The notes below the pieces were generated by a model that saw only the letters and a program-made list of their open reading frames with translations, searched no databases and was not told the origin of the DNA. A stretch of DNA of 60,672 nucleotides, counting the filler, from Sphacelaria rigidula (Eukaryota): NCBI GenBank assembly GCA_964200075.2. It is 8 parts of 8 records of this genome, joined end to end, with 100 filler letters (N's around TTAATTAATTAA, not from the genome) between each part and the next. Parts side by side here need not be neighbours in the genome. Positions count along the whole stretch, not along the records: positions 45,581 to 53,076 come from CAXNAA020014653.1; positions 53,177 to 60,672 come from CAXNAA020014654.1; 6 more parts are not named here. One strand, written 5' to 3'. Below, one piece after another: positions 48,701 to 60,404 of the stretch (position 1 is its first letter; each line of letters begins with the position of its first letter). Position numbers and translations under genes: made by a program.

Positions 48701-49561
48701 TTTCGTTTCCTCATACGGTCTTTCCATCTGAAGCCCGTGACAGGGACCTGGCCTTATCTTTAATTTGCTTCTTGTACAGGACCACTACAGTACTATTAGC
48801 CCTTGGCGGATAAAAAAAAAAAACTCCCTTCCATTTCAGGTTACGTTGTACTCACTGCTCGGTCGTCATTTTGCATTTCATTTTTGTGTGAGGACTGCTC
48901 CAGCGATTTTTGCGGACTTTTTATTTCTACCCCTCGGGTTATACGTTCATTTGTCTTGTGTGGCTATGGTTGAATTCCGTAGCGGGTGCGATTAATTCTT
49001 CCAAAACTTGCGAAACTAATCAATAAACTATGAATAAAATCGAGTCAAATGGAAGCAAATCATAGCATAGCATATCATATCATATTATATCATATCATAT
49101 CATGTCAAATCATATCATATCATGCCCTGACATATCATCTCAAACCAAATCAAATCATGCCCTGACATATCATATCGTATCATATTATATCACATCATAC
49201 CAAACCATATCAACTCAACTCAACTCATATCATGCCTTGCCATGTCACATCGTCTCATATCAAACCAAACCAAATCAAACCAAATGAAAAAATTAAATCA
49301 GACCGAGCGAATCGATCGATCGATCTTTCGTTCGTTCGTTCGATCGATCCATCCATCCATCTATTCCTCTGTCATGTTCCATCACACGTACGAGTACTTT
49401 TTTTTAATTATTTTCTTCACTCTCCCCCCCAGAAAAAAAAACTCACCTCCACCTGCTCTTGCGTCTTTGCTGCAGGAGGAGCTATAGTTGCCCTGAGCGG
49501 TCCCACTACAAAGTCGCCATTTGCGCCTCGCTTGGCGTGCATTACGGGCGAAGTCTTAGAT
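45710..49561 (-). CDS. pdhA: Pyruvate dehydrogenase E1 alpha region (TPP-dependent, probably plastid-type), partial; exons 49561-49447 (5' boundary tentative), 47231-47007, 45907-45710
   Basis: RAFENACNQAYMQGKIRGFMHLDNGQ|EGI, SYYREHTHALASG, MAELYGKDGGTCRGAGGSMH are E1-alpha signatures; phase-0 GT-AG junctions. Confidence 0.92.
47314..47660. mobile_element. Intronic MITE-like repeat with internal tandem CCCGTACCCGATAGTTC units
   Basis: Termini TAAGGTACG / CGTACCTTA; three tandem units at about 47361-47410. Confidence 0.55.
49060..49365. repeat. Degenerate microsatellite array ((ATCAT)n, (CAAAC)n, (ATCG)n, (TTCG)n, (ATCC)n)
   Basis: Directly visible. Confidence 0.85.
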
Positions 49562-49784
49562 CTGGCACCATCAACGCATGTCATCAATCAAGCACCAATT
49601 GGGGGGCGGGGGAGGGTGTTCAGGGACCAAGGGTCGTCAACGCAGGGAGTATTGGATACAGTTGGCATTGCTTAGTTGGAGTACATGGCATAGCTGTGGA
49701 CATGTAGCCGCAATATAAACAAATTTGAGCTTCTCCCCTTCAAGATACTTCAAAACTAGTCAGAATGTTGGTATTTTTCACGGC

Positions 49785-50220
49785 GAATAAAAATCTGGAA
49801 ATGTGTCTTTTTGTAGCTTTCACGTCATTTTACGCCTCGAAAGAGAGCTAGGCGGAGTTTCACACCTTGGAATGACCTACTCTACTAGTTGAGGCGGTCC
49901 CAGGGCATCTTCCCGTTTACCAGTGGCCACAGTTTTCATTTTGGCCAAACAAGAATGTTGGTCCAGGAACGGTGAGAAACAGTCAAGTCCAGAAAAAAAT
50001 GTCACTTTTCTCTGGACTTGACTGTTTTTTACCGTTCTTGGACAAATATTCTTGTTTGGTCAAAATGAAAACTGTGGCCACCGGGAAACGGGAAGATGTC
50101 CTGGAACTGCCTCAACTAGTAGAGTAAATCATTCCAAGGTGTGAAACTCCGCCTAGCTCTCTCTCGGGGCGTAAAACGACGTAAGAAGCTCCAAAAAGTC
50201 ACTTTTCCAGATTTTTATTC
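49785..50220. mobile_element. Foldback element with ~215-bp inverted arms and almost no spacer
   Basis: GAGAGCTAGGCGGAGTTTCACACCTTGGAATGA pairs with TCATTCCAAGGTGTGAAACTCCGCCTAGCTCTC; AAACAGTCAAGTCCAGA pairs with TCTGGACTTGACTGTTT at the centre. Confidence 0.9.
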
Positions 50221-50575
50221 TTGTCTATTATACGAAGCGGCCTCAACAAAAAATTCGCCCCCGGCGAGAAGAGGGGCTTCAAAATATTTTTTTCGTCGCA
50301 GGCGAGAAAGGCCGCAGATAAGCCCGTCGGGACTCTGCGCTGCGCGCAGATTTTCCTAAATATCTGCGCTGCCGCAGCCTCGCATGCCCTTTTTGAGACC
50401 CTGGTACAGACTGCTTGTACTGTACACGAGTAACCATGTACCGTTTCACAAATTTCGCTGTGTTTTGTCGATCGAAAGCTTGAAAATCCATCTGAACTCA
50501 ACTACATCAGGACGATGGAATTTCGCTCAAATCGATTCCACCGCCCCATTATTTCGATCATTTTTTTTTTGCCAA

Positions 50576-50766
50576 GGCCCTGTCTTGAGCACATTAATCT
50601 TCGATCGAAACTGTGCGGTGGAAAACAAAAATCCTGATCTGATAGGGCGTAATTTCAACCATCGTCGAAAATCGTGCAAGATGGTTGAAATCACCACCTA
50701 TCAGATCGGGATTTTTGTTTTCCACCGCACAATTTCGATCGAAAACGAATGTGCCAAGACAGGGCC
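50576..50766. mobile_element. Palindromic ~190-bp MITE (other copies 51476-51642 and decayed 12575-12716)
   Basis: TTCGATCGAAA.TGTGCGGTGGAAAACAAAAATCC.GATCTGATAGG arm is repeated in inverted form; three copies on two contigs. Confidence 0.85.
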
Positions 50767-53700
50767 CAAGACACACCCTCAGAAGCAGCAAAAAAAGAGC
50801 AGAAAAAGAGCTAAAGAAAGGAACAAAAAAGGACAGAAGCAACACCCACAGGAAGGAAAGAAGAAAGGAAGCAGCGACAACAACATCAAAAACAACAACA
50901 AAACACAAACACAACACGAACAAAGACCTCGCATTACGTAGCTGATTGCAACAATCCAGCTCGTGATCAGAAAAAGAAAAAGAAATCAGTGCAGTGCCGT
51001 ACCCTGCGCTGCTCGAAACGCACCCATGCATGAACGCATGACGTGACTTTGCTTGCCTCGAAAGACGGGTCCAGGCGCCGTCATCAAATGTTTAGAGCTG
51101 AGACCACCCTCCATCGGACCGGAATTCAAAACTGATGGTTAAACGAGGGTATATTTTTGGCCCTTCTGAAAGTCTCCTCTCGGAAACCAGGACGGCAGGA
51201 GAAAAAATGCCAAGCGGAGAATGCGACCTTCCTGGTTCATCAAAGCTTTGATACCACTCTGCACCTCTTATATTTTTGCTTGGGTCCACCGATAGCCAGG
51301 CCGCGCGGGCGAAAATCGCGAAACTGACCCGGAATCCTCGCCGACCGGTGAGAATTTCATCTTGAAATGGGCTCATTGTCAGCCTGGCCGTCATTTTCCG
51401 CGGAAAACTCAACCGAAGGCTATTTAGCGCACTACGCACCGTCTGTTGACGGATGTGTACTTGGGGCGTGTCTTAGCACACAGAAGTTTTCGATAGAAAT
51501 TGTGCGGTGGTAAACAAAAATCCCGATGTGATGGGTCGTAATTTCAACCGTCGTCGAAAAAATTGAAGATGGTTGAATTCACGACTCATCAGATCGGGAT
51601 TTTTGCTTTCCACCGCACAACTTCGATCGAAAACCACTGTGCCGAAACCCGGCCTTACTCGTGTGGTCCTACAAAAAGCGGCGAAAAGTAGTTCCGCCTC
51701 TCCTATAGGAACAGGAACAAAAACAAAAAAAAGACACATCAAGCGCAGGGTACCGTACAGAAAAAATGCACGGTTAGGACAAATCAACTCGTAAGTCAAC
51801 TCAGAGTCATCGTTTCAACGAATAAATCATACGGTTCGTACATCCTTTGTAATTCGTACAGCTTCTCAGCTCGTGCGTGGTGTACCTTCCATGAATACCG
51901 GGGTAAATAGTGGGCACATAGCCAACCCTGTACTGCAAATTTGGATGCATCGATTGTACATGTCACGCACTTCTTATTACGATGAGTCGGGAACGTCATG
52001 TACCGCTTGCTTGACCAACTTGTTGGAGGTGAGCGCCCGCACATTATTCCCACCTTCGGGCTAAAACGGGAGTGGGACCAACAAGTTATACAGGTTAAAT
52101 CTGCACTTCCGATGGGCCCTGAACCACGCGTAATTTTCTCACAGCTGTAATGCGCGCAAGATGACTGCGCTGCATATGTTTCATCCACCCTCGACTCAGC
52201 GGGACCAACAGTTTATAGAGCATGACTGCTTGCGCATCATGAGGGGTCGACTCGTATGAATTCTGATTCGTCCAAACCGTGAAAAAATGCGACAGTGCGG
52301 TGTGACGGCACAGGCGTGCGGAAAACGTAGAGTACCGTCCGCACCACACAGAGCAGGCGTTGACTGTGCGTGCGATTTGTATGTGTGTACGTCATCCGCA
52401 AATGGAGTGCATACGAAGTACAGTACAGTACAGTACAGCTGCTCCTAGGGCCGAATCTCATAAAGAGTAGGGTGGCGCGTGCACTACGCCAAGTTGAGAG
52501 GGGGTTCAATCATAGCACGGTTAGGGCGAATCATCACGGGTTCGAACCACCAAATCCACGATTTCTTCGGCCTGATTGCCCAAAAGGGAGAAAAAAAGTT
52601 GACCGCTGGTCCCAAGGGGTATCCACGCAACTATTGCGCCATTCCACGTGTCTGGGCTGCGTGTATGTACCTCGGTTGCAACGCTGAAAACAAAGCTTAA
52701 GGATTGATTCGTACGATTCGAATAAATTGCACTAAAACCAAGTAATGTACAGACGAGTCATTAATTCGTCCGACCCTTGAATTATAGTACGTCGCACCCC
52801 CACACTGCCTTGAGCAAAGCTTGCGAACGCTCGAGTGGCCTACCCCGTAAGACTGTCGGGGGCAGTCTAGCCGAGCCTCGGGGTAATCGGCACAGGGGCC
52901 CGCTTACGGGGTAAGTGTTGGGCCAGGTTTCCTCCTTTTTTCAAGAAAAAAAGAAGTACAGTAGTAGTACAGCTGCTGTAATACACACACAGTGCGGTTA
53001 CAGTAGCATACAGACAAGAAGGAAGCGATTGTCCTGTACGCGTGGCAATGTGTGTGTGTGTGTGTTGTCGTCCCATNNNNNNNNNNNNNNNNNNNNNNNN
53101 NNNNNNNNNNNNNNNNNNNNTTAATTAATTAANNNNNNNNNNNNNNNNNNNNNNNNNNNNNNNNNNNNNNNNNNNNCCAAGCCCTCGTGAGAATAGATCC
53201 TCTCTCGAAATGTTCATGCCCGCCGGAAACATTGCAGGACCACCGCGATCGCGCGTCCGTTCGAGCGGTCGCGAACGCATGTGTACCCCCGCACAATGTA
53301 AAGCACGAATGCGCTACCCGGGCCCCTAGCATTGGTATTGGCCCGAACAGTCATCTCCCGGGGCGGGTACGGAGGAACTTGCACACTAAAATCAGCATGG
53401 AATCTCGTGGACCCCTCGTGACAGAGTATGCTTGACGCTGTTGAGTTCGAAATATTCTCTCTATATATACTATATACGCCCGAGTGTGCTGACAGTGCAC
53501 CGTCGAAGATATCCTAATATTTTCCCTCCGTGCTTCGCTGCTTTGCTGTTGTCCGAGACAAGGTGAAGAAGGTCGACTTTTACGGGGCGGACTTGGGCAA
53601 GGCCATCGTGTTCTTGGAGGATGGTACCGAGGTACGTGACATAAATGCGTACCTGATATGTTTCAAGCAACCAGTACAGTAGCTATTTCACTTCATCCTG

Positions 53701-53767
53701 TTGTGGGCGTGTCGACATTGGTTTGCATGTGCATTCTTTTTGCGTGGGAGTTGTGCGAGTTTCAAGT

Positions 53768-53812
53768 CCCTTCCCTTCCCTTCCCTTCCCTTCCCTTCCC
53801 TTCCCTTCCCTT
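53768..53812. repeat. (CCCTT)n microsatellite
   Basis: Directly visible. Confidence 0.95.
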
Positions 53813-53967
53813 GTTTTTTTTTTTTTTCATTTGAACGACATATTTTCCTGAGTTTCCTGAGGTTCCTCATCCCATCCTCCTAGATAGCATCCACGAGAGG
53901 CCATCCCTCACCACTCCCTGGCCGTTTGATCCACACGCGAAGCTCAATATATCCATCCCAACGGCTG

Positions 53968-54672
53968 GTCGCCTCGTTGGCTCAGTTAGTGTGTTGTCGT
54001 CCCATCTATTCAGGACGCCGGGCTACACCTTTCGGTATATGTGGGCGCATCAGCCGGGGTCATACAGGAGGACGGTCAACACAGGAGTTTTTTCTTTTTT
54101 GTTTGCTGTAGTTCTCCACCTTACTCCTGCGGTACTTGCCTTTATTTTTTATCGCGAGAGGGGTTCAAAAGTCCCTTCCCCTCGTCGACCATTAAGTCGA
54201 ATTTTGTGTACCCACGACATGGTCGCTTTCCAATGTAGGGCATGGTGTGAGAAAAAATCCCAGATCGCTCCGAGATTTGAAGCCACGTCCCAACCGTCAG
54301 AAGGTTTCGAGGTTACCGACTGAGCCACCGGGGCGACTTCGTATCCTCGAAACGTTTTGACTGTTGGGACGTGGGTTCGAATCTCGGTGAGGTCACACGC
54401 TTTGGGATTTATGCTTTCACGTCATGCCCAACAGTGAAGAGCGACTGCGTCGTGACCACACAAGGTTGGCGTCACGATCGACGAGGGAAAAGGGCTGCGA
54501 AACCTTCCCGCGATGAAATGTAAGGCAAGCATCGTAGAACGATGGTGGAGTTGTAAAACAAAAAACAAAAAACTTCTGTGTGACCTTCCCCTTGTGTGTC
54601 ACTCTCTGATGCGCCCACAAATACCGAGAGGTGTAGAGTAGCGTCCACAATAGGTGGGATGACAACACACAA
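53968..54672 (+). mobile_element. tRNA-derived SINE interrupted by a second, inverted SINE
   Basis: A-box half at 53968-53988, resumes at 54338 with B box GGTTCGAATC; ends GGGATGACAACACAC. Confidence 0.85.
53989..54337 (-). mobile_element. Full-length ~350-bp tRNA-derived SINE
   Basis: GTCGCCCCGGTGGCTCAGTCGG A box, degenerate B box, same 3' tail GATGGGACGACAACACAC. Confidence 0.85.
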
Positions 54673-56380
54673 AACTCATGTGTCCTCCACAAAATATGCA
54701 CGAAGGTAGTCTCTGCAAATAGAGCACAGAAACGGCGCCAGCGGTAGCCAGTCTTTCATGGAAAAATAGTATATTTGTCATGATCCAGCCTTCTAGTTTT
54801 TTCCTCATCGGTAGTTTTACTCTGAATAGGTATTTTTTGCTTCGAGTTTACTTATTTTCAGGGCACTTAACGTTACACGGTACAAATTTTATTACACGTC
54901 ACAAGTTAAACCAGGCTAGTACAATACTACGTTTGGGGGCCACGTGCCTCCCCCCTCCGTAGCACTAGCCTGCTCCGACGCTTAATTTGATTTGACTCGA
55001 CTGTAACCAGGACTCCGCATGTAACGAATTTTGTGATGTTGAACATTAAGGTGTGGCGCATGACGAAATTTGTGACGTGTGACGTTAAGTGCCCTGGTTA
55101 ATTTCATCGGGCTGCCCGACTGTTGGAAGCATTGATTATTAGCACGCATCACTTCTTCACGTAATCTACCCTCCACTCGGCCATGGAAATGAATGGGGCC
55201 AAATTCCATGGGAGGAATACTTCCCGCGTAAACAGGCAAACCGTATCACAGACCATCAAGAACCAAAGCCTCTGAATGGCCCGTTTGACCCTTCGGAACT
55301 CGGGCGCCTGAAAGGGTCTATACGTATCGAATGATTTCCCGCAGACTTTTTTATTGAGCATGCACATGTCCCTTCACTTACCCTGGGTTCGTCTATCTTG
55401 TGACCATGGGTGAATTCCTAGGGGAGGATCACTCAATATGCGAAGCATCACTCAAGCCACTTGACTATTAGGAGACCCTACTTTGTGGAGATGGCAATGT
55501 TAGCTCCAGCTTTTTTGTTTTGTTTTGTTTATGATTTGTCCATCAGCTGGACGAAGTCGTACTTTGGTATTTGATGATTTTTTTCCATTTTGTTTATTTT
55601 CGGTACTACTGTACGTCTCTCTTGTATGTAATGGCCACGGCATGGTCCCTGAGGAATGAATCACTGTACAACAATCCATCCGTCCATCCATCACTCACTA
55701 CAGTTTTTTTTAATAAAATCGATGTTTGCGACCAGTTGGTTGATTCATTGAATGGTCGACTGTCGCACAGTAGATTAACCCCAGCGAATCCAGTCGTCAT
55801 GAGACAGAGGCACCCGAGGTAACTCAACCGAAACAGAAAATTCCGCTGGAAGAAAATCGAGTAGAGGGGCGAAATGAAGCGAATATGAAGAAAAGGGCGA
55901 TAAGCTCAACACAATCCATGGTGAGAGCTAGTAGCGGTCTCCCACCCGAAAAAATCAGACCCCTTTTATCATGGCGGTGTACCCCTGTAGATCTGCGTTA
56001 AGTTTCACCGCGTCCGTGCATACATACCCCAAGGCGAGGAAAGGTCATGCTCCAACACGGTAATGTTCTTCACAATGATGGTTACAGATGACATGGCAGG
56101 GCAGCCCTTGAGCCTTTTTTAGTTAACACAGGTTTCCGTGCCAAAGAACTTCCGAACTACATTAATGGTCTTTTCCGCTAAAGTGGCCATCCTTCAGCCA
56201 CAGATTCGAAACAATGTTTTGCCACATCCTCAAATGCATACCCTCCGGCCAGAACAAAATAAAACATTTCATTTTTTCATATATAAAACCAGTGAAAATC
56301 TGGAAAACCTTACGTTTTCTCTCCGGTGGTGATGTAGTCAGATCGATTTGCCCATACTTTGCTTTCTTCCACCCCGGCAA

Positions 56381-56558
56381 TGCTCCGTCTCGAAAGGGAT
56401 GCGTGGTCAATGGTCAAACGACTAAGGTAAGCAACGAATGAGTACCCCCCCCGTCGAGCCTGGTGCGGCGAAAACCCGGCGTGGTCCGTCCCGGCTTTGT
56501 AGGGATGCGAGGTCAATGGTCTTATGATTATGGCATGCATGATCATGAGTACACCCCC
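56381..56558 (+). mobile_element. Tandem pair of C-tailed short retroposed elements (subfamily A 56381-56452, subfamily B 56453-56558)
   Basis: Both units contain GGGATGCG.GGTCAATGGTC...ATGAGTAC followed by oligo-C. Confidence 0.8.
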
Positions 56559-56981
56559 TCGCGCGCTTGCCGATGTCGTTGGATCATACTCCATCCAAGC
56601 CAATCAGGGAATTCTCACATTTATATATCTTGCCATCATCCTTACTTCGCAGTTTTATCCCCTACTCTACGGCCCTGCAAGCTCACGCCGATCGCCTTGT
56701 ACCCATTCTTTGCCCTCGCCAGGCGATGATCGGCGACGGATACCCCACGGAAAGATCGTACAATGATGACAGGTGAGATGATATTGTAACTCTCAGGCGA
56801 GTCCGCATCGTGGTTGCCTCATGGGATCAACCTCACCCAACCCATGCTTTCATGGGTAGCTGCCTTGCGATTCACTATCGAGCGTTGGATAATGACCAAA
56901 TCCCGTACCCCTTCGGCCCTCGTCCATTGCTCCTCTACTTCTCACGCCCTCGAGCTCCCAACGACAGAAACCATGTTCTGT

Positions 56982-57066
56982 TAAAAAAACTCATATGTCA
57001 AAATTCAAACCGGTAACCTTCCGTCCTAGATGACGGTTGATGTACCGGTTAGGTCACCGGGGCGCA
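56982..57066 (-). repeat. Decayed tRNA-derived short Pol III-like element
   Basis: GCGCCCCGGTGACCTAACCGG head, degenerate B box GGTTTGAATT, terminal T run. Confidence 0.45.
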
Positions 57067-57526
57067 GGGGTAGTATACGCTGTGTGCTGCTGGATCCCAG
57101 TGATCTAACTGGTGCGTCTTGAACCTTGCTGCGGTGCTGGTGGAGTTTGATTGGTTGATTGTCGCACTTTCACGGACCCCCCAGGTAGTTATGATCCAGC
57201 CGTGGTCATCGTCCACACGATAAACGAAGTTGAGGGTTTGAATCTCAGCACACGTGTTGTTTTGGACGAGTACAGCATCATCTAATTTCCGTCGTTCGGA
57301 ATCTGAGGACATGAGCACCAGCAGATAAACTGACGAAAATCGACGTGGCGCAGAACGGCTGATCCAACCCGCGAGACCACATTGCAAGGCATCTCGGTTT
57401 ATTGATCCATCGATTGTCGCACACGAACGCATCCGCCACAAAATCAGCTGTGGTCACCAAATACATAGACGTACCCAGGGTTATAAGGTAGGAGCGCCAT
57501 AGTGCTATATCTTCTCGTGTTTATTC

Positions 57527-57730
57527 CAAGGGCAGGTCGAGTAGAGTATACTCAATTGCGGGGTATTTTGAAAGTCGTACTTGAAGTACATAAACTGGGG
57601 GTAGGGTTTTAGGGATCGCTTTCCAGTTGTATTTTGGGTACAACTCCCAACACTCACCCTAATTTGAGTACCACAAGTACGTCTTTCAAAATACCCCGCA
57701 ATTGAGTATACTCTACTCGACCTACCCTTG
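57527..57730. mobile_element. hAT-type MITE (204 bp)
   Basis: Perfect 8-bp TSD GTTTATTC (57519-57526, 57731-57738); ~57-bp TIRs beginning CAAGGG. Confidence 0.9.
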
Positions 57731-59507
57731 GTTTATTCCAAATTTTGGGGATGCTAGTTTCGAATCGTTTTTTTTTGTATCCTCGACCATTCTAATGGGA
57801 CCATGTGTTCCTCGTTTTTCGGGTTCATTGATCGCCTTTTCCTTCCGAGCGCCATCATTATTCCCCTGGTCGCCTTGCAGAGAAAATGGGGGTCATCGTT
57901 TTCCTTGCAAACCTGGCGACTGAATAAAATGTCGTTTCTTTCGTTGCAGATCTTCGGGGGGAGGGGGAGGTTGGTCGCGTTTTCCATTCCAAAGATTTGT
58001 CTCATTTTTTGTTATGGTGGCCAAGTGAAACATCAAAAATGTGTTGCACTTCTCACCGAACCTTTGGGGTCGCTTGCCTTCTTCGTTGTGCTCATGTTTA
58101 ATTCATTGCTTTGTTTTTGTTCTCTCAGCCCAATGAAGGTGGTGGCGGTGCTACGTAACGCGAAGGTGCCATACACGACCCAGTTCAAGTTCAAGTCTAA
58201 CAACAAGCCAAGACAATACAAGGTCAGTCTTTGCGCCTGTTTTTTCGAGAGATACAGGGGAGAAGATACGTGTATTTTCTCCTTTCCCCCGCAGGATCGT
58301 GAAAGGAGCTTTGATACTACAAGTGTATATGATAGTCTTTTTGTGTTGTCCTTTTTGTGGAAGGGTGTGCGATTTAGACCAACAAAGAACAGTAGCACGG
58401 TTTTCCGAAGCTCTCCACGGAAAAAAAAAACAGCGGCACTGTTCGTCATACCTAAAACAATGTTTTCGTGAGATTGAGAGTCTAGCTTTGATTGAGAGCG
58501 AATTCTGTTCGCTCTAACTTGACCAATTTTTCATTCTGTGTGTGCTTTTCTTTGCCTGTAACACCGTCGTATGCTTATAGCTTCATGTCGACATCCTACT
58601 TAGGGGTATCAAAGGCTTCCGTGGAAAGCTACTACAGAAAGCGCATCAGGTCTCGTAGAAGGCCCGAAGGGGCATTCCGGAACTGAAATCATTTCATCCA
58701 TTAATTGACCGCTTCTCACTCTCTATCGTACCCTAGACTCTCCATATCATGGAAACATTGTCCTACATGCCTTGACTTGACGGAAACCTCGACAAGGTGT
58801 GTGGCTTGATTGACTCTCGCTCGCCTACGGACACAGTATGTATGACGTCTTGTTTTACACTTCCTAATAAGCAACCTTTGCACTCGGTGTTCCCTCGTCT
58901 CGTCTTGTGACGCCCATACTCTCTTTTTCACGTGTTGGGTGGGGGGCATTTTTCGGTGTCGAATGCGCTACTCTCTCGCTCGCTTCGTGGGGGGACCGGC
59001 CTGCTGGGGGTTGGGGGTATGTGGTGATGCACCCGGGGCTCTTTAATAGAGCGCCGAAACGTTACAGGCGGAAGATCGGCAACGCGTGGAGGATGAGAAG
59101 CTGGAGCGTCTCATGGCTGAATAGAATAGGCTGACCGCGACATGACGGACGAACGACAGATACAACGAGTACGGTATCGCCATCAACTTAGGTTGTTTTA
59201 TGATTCTCCATTTTCATTCTTCCTTCGTGCTTAGCTCGTCTCCGAGGCGGGTGTGGTCCAGTTCGGACCCCACGTCCGACTGTTGGGCAAACTTTTATCT
59301 TGTCAAACGATGACGCCACAACCCTCACCCGGAAGTCGACTCAAGGCTGACGGTGAATCCTCGGGTAAGTGTGTGGGCATGTAGAAGCGTCCTGCGTGAA
59401 GCGTGCTTCGTTGGAAGCCGAGTTGTGGAAATGCGCGTGCTGCCCACGCCAGGCGAGCACTTGGACTGTGAATACCCCATAGATTATATTACACACGCGA
59501 CCAATTA

Positions 59508-59827
59508 GCTACCCCCAAAATCCCTCCAGGTCGGTCAACCTCACGAGCCTCCAGAGGTATAAACGCCTCTGGAAGGGTGCGCGGCCCTCCAGAGGAGATT
59601 TTTTGGTCTTCTCCAGACGGGTTAAACGCCTCTGGAGGCTTGTTTTTGCCTCTGGAGGGCCGCGCGTCTCTCCGGAGGCATTTTACTACCCCTAAATTCC
59701 TCCAGTGGAGTGCGCGGCCCTCCGGGTCGGTAGTGTGTGTTTTCCTCCATGGGGATCGAAGGCCTCCGGATTCTTGTTTTGCCTCTGGAGGGCCACGCAT
59801 CCCTCCGGAGGCATTTTGGGGGGTAGC
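59508..59827. mobile_element. MITE-like element with GCTACCCCCAAAAT termini and internal CCTCCAGAGG-type repeats
   Basis: 14-bp inverted termini; many internal CCTC(C/T)(A/G)GAGG palindromes. Confidence 0.7.
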
Positions 59828-60193
59828 CAAATGCCCGCGTGTGTATGGTCTACATGATGTTACGAAGTTAGTATTCGACCATCGGGTCCCGGAGCCAAAT
59901 CCGGGACACTCTAGATTGCCATGCAACGCCATAGAACGATGGTGGCATGTAATTCTCCAGTGAAATGTTGAAGTCGGCAACATGAAAATGGACCGCAGCC
60001 CATTGCGTTCGGGTTGTTCAAAGATGAAGAGTCGATACACGTGCCACACCAAGAGGTGATGTTTTGGCCTATTCGGGCAGGTGAATTAAATGTGAGAAGT
60101 CGGCACACGCTTTGAAGAAGCGCATGATACTCGGCGACCTCATCACAACAACAGTAATACCTGGAACGCATATCCACGGCGTGGTCAGTAATA

Positions 60194-60404
60194 TAATGCG
60201 TGGGAGGAGCGCGTGCTTAGGGGACAGCATCGTAGTTCAAAACACCTCATGATTAACGCTTTTCGAAACCAATCGGACCAGTCCCTGCAGGTACCACGCA
60301 CCTGACCTAAACCCCAACCCCAACCCTAACCATAGGATAACCCTCACCATAGGGATGTTTAGATTTCGATGCGGTCCCCGAAGCACGCGCTCCTCCCATG
60401 TATT
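60194..60404. mobile_element. MITE-like element with ~40-bp inverted arms and a telomere-like AACCC(C/T) core
   Basis: TGGGAGGAGCGCGTGCTT pairs with AAGCACGCGCTCCTCCCA; internal CCTAAACCCCAACCCCAACCCTAACC. Confidence 0.7.

Noticed and set aside
54260-54337. Functional tRNA gene
   Set aside because: B box is degenerate, no acceptor stem, and it continues into a repeated SINE body.
60300-60350. Telomere or interstitial telomeric array (also 30462-30490)
   Set aside because: Only a few degenerate units; the 60.3-kb ones are enclosed by MITE-like inverted arms.
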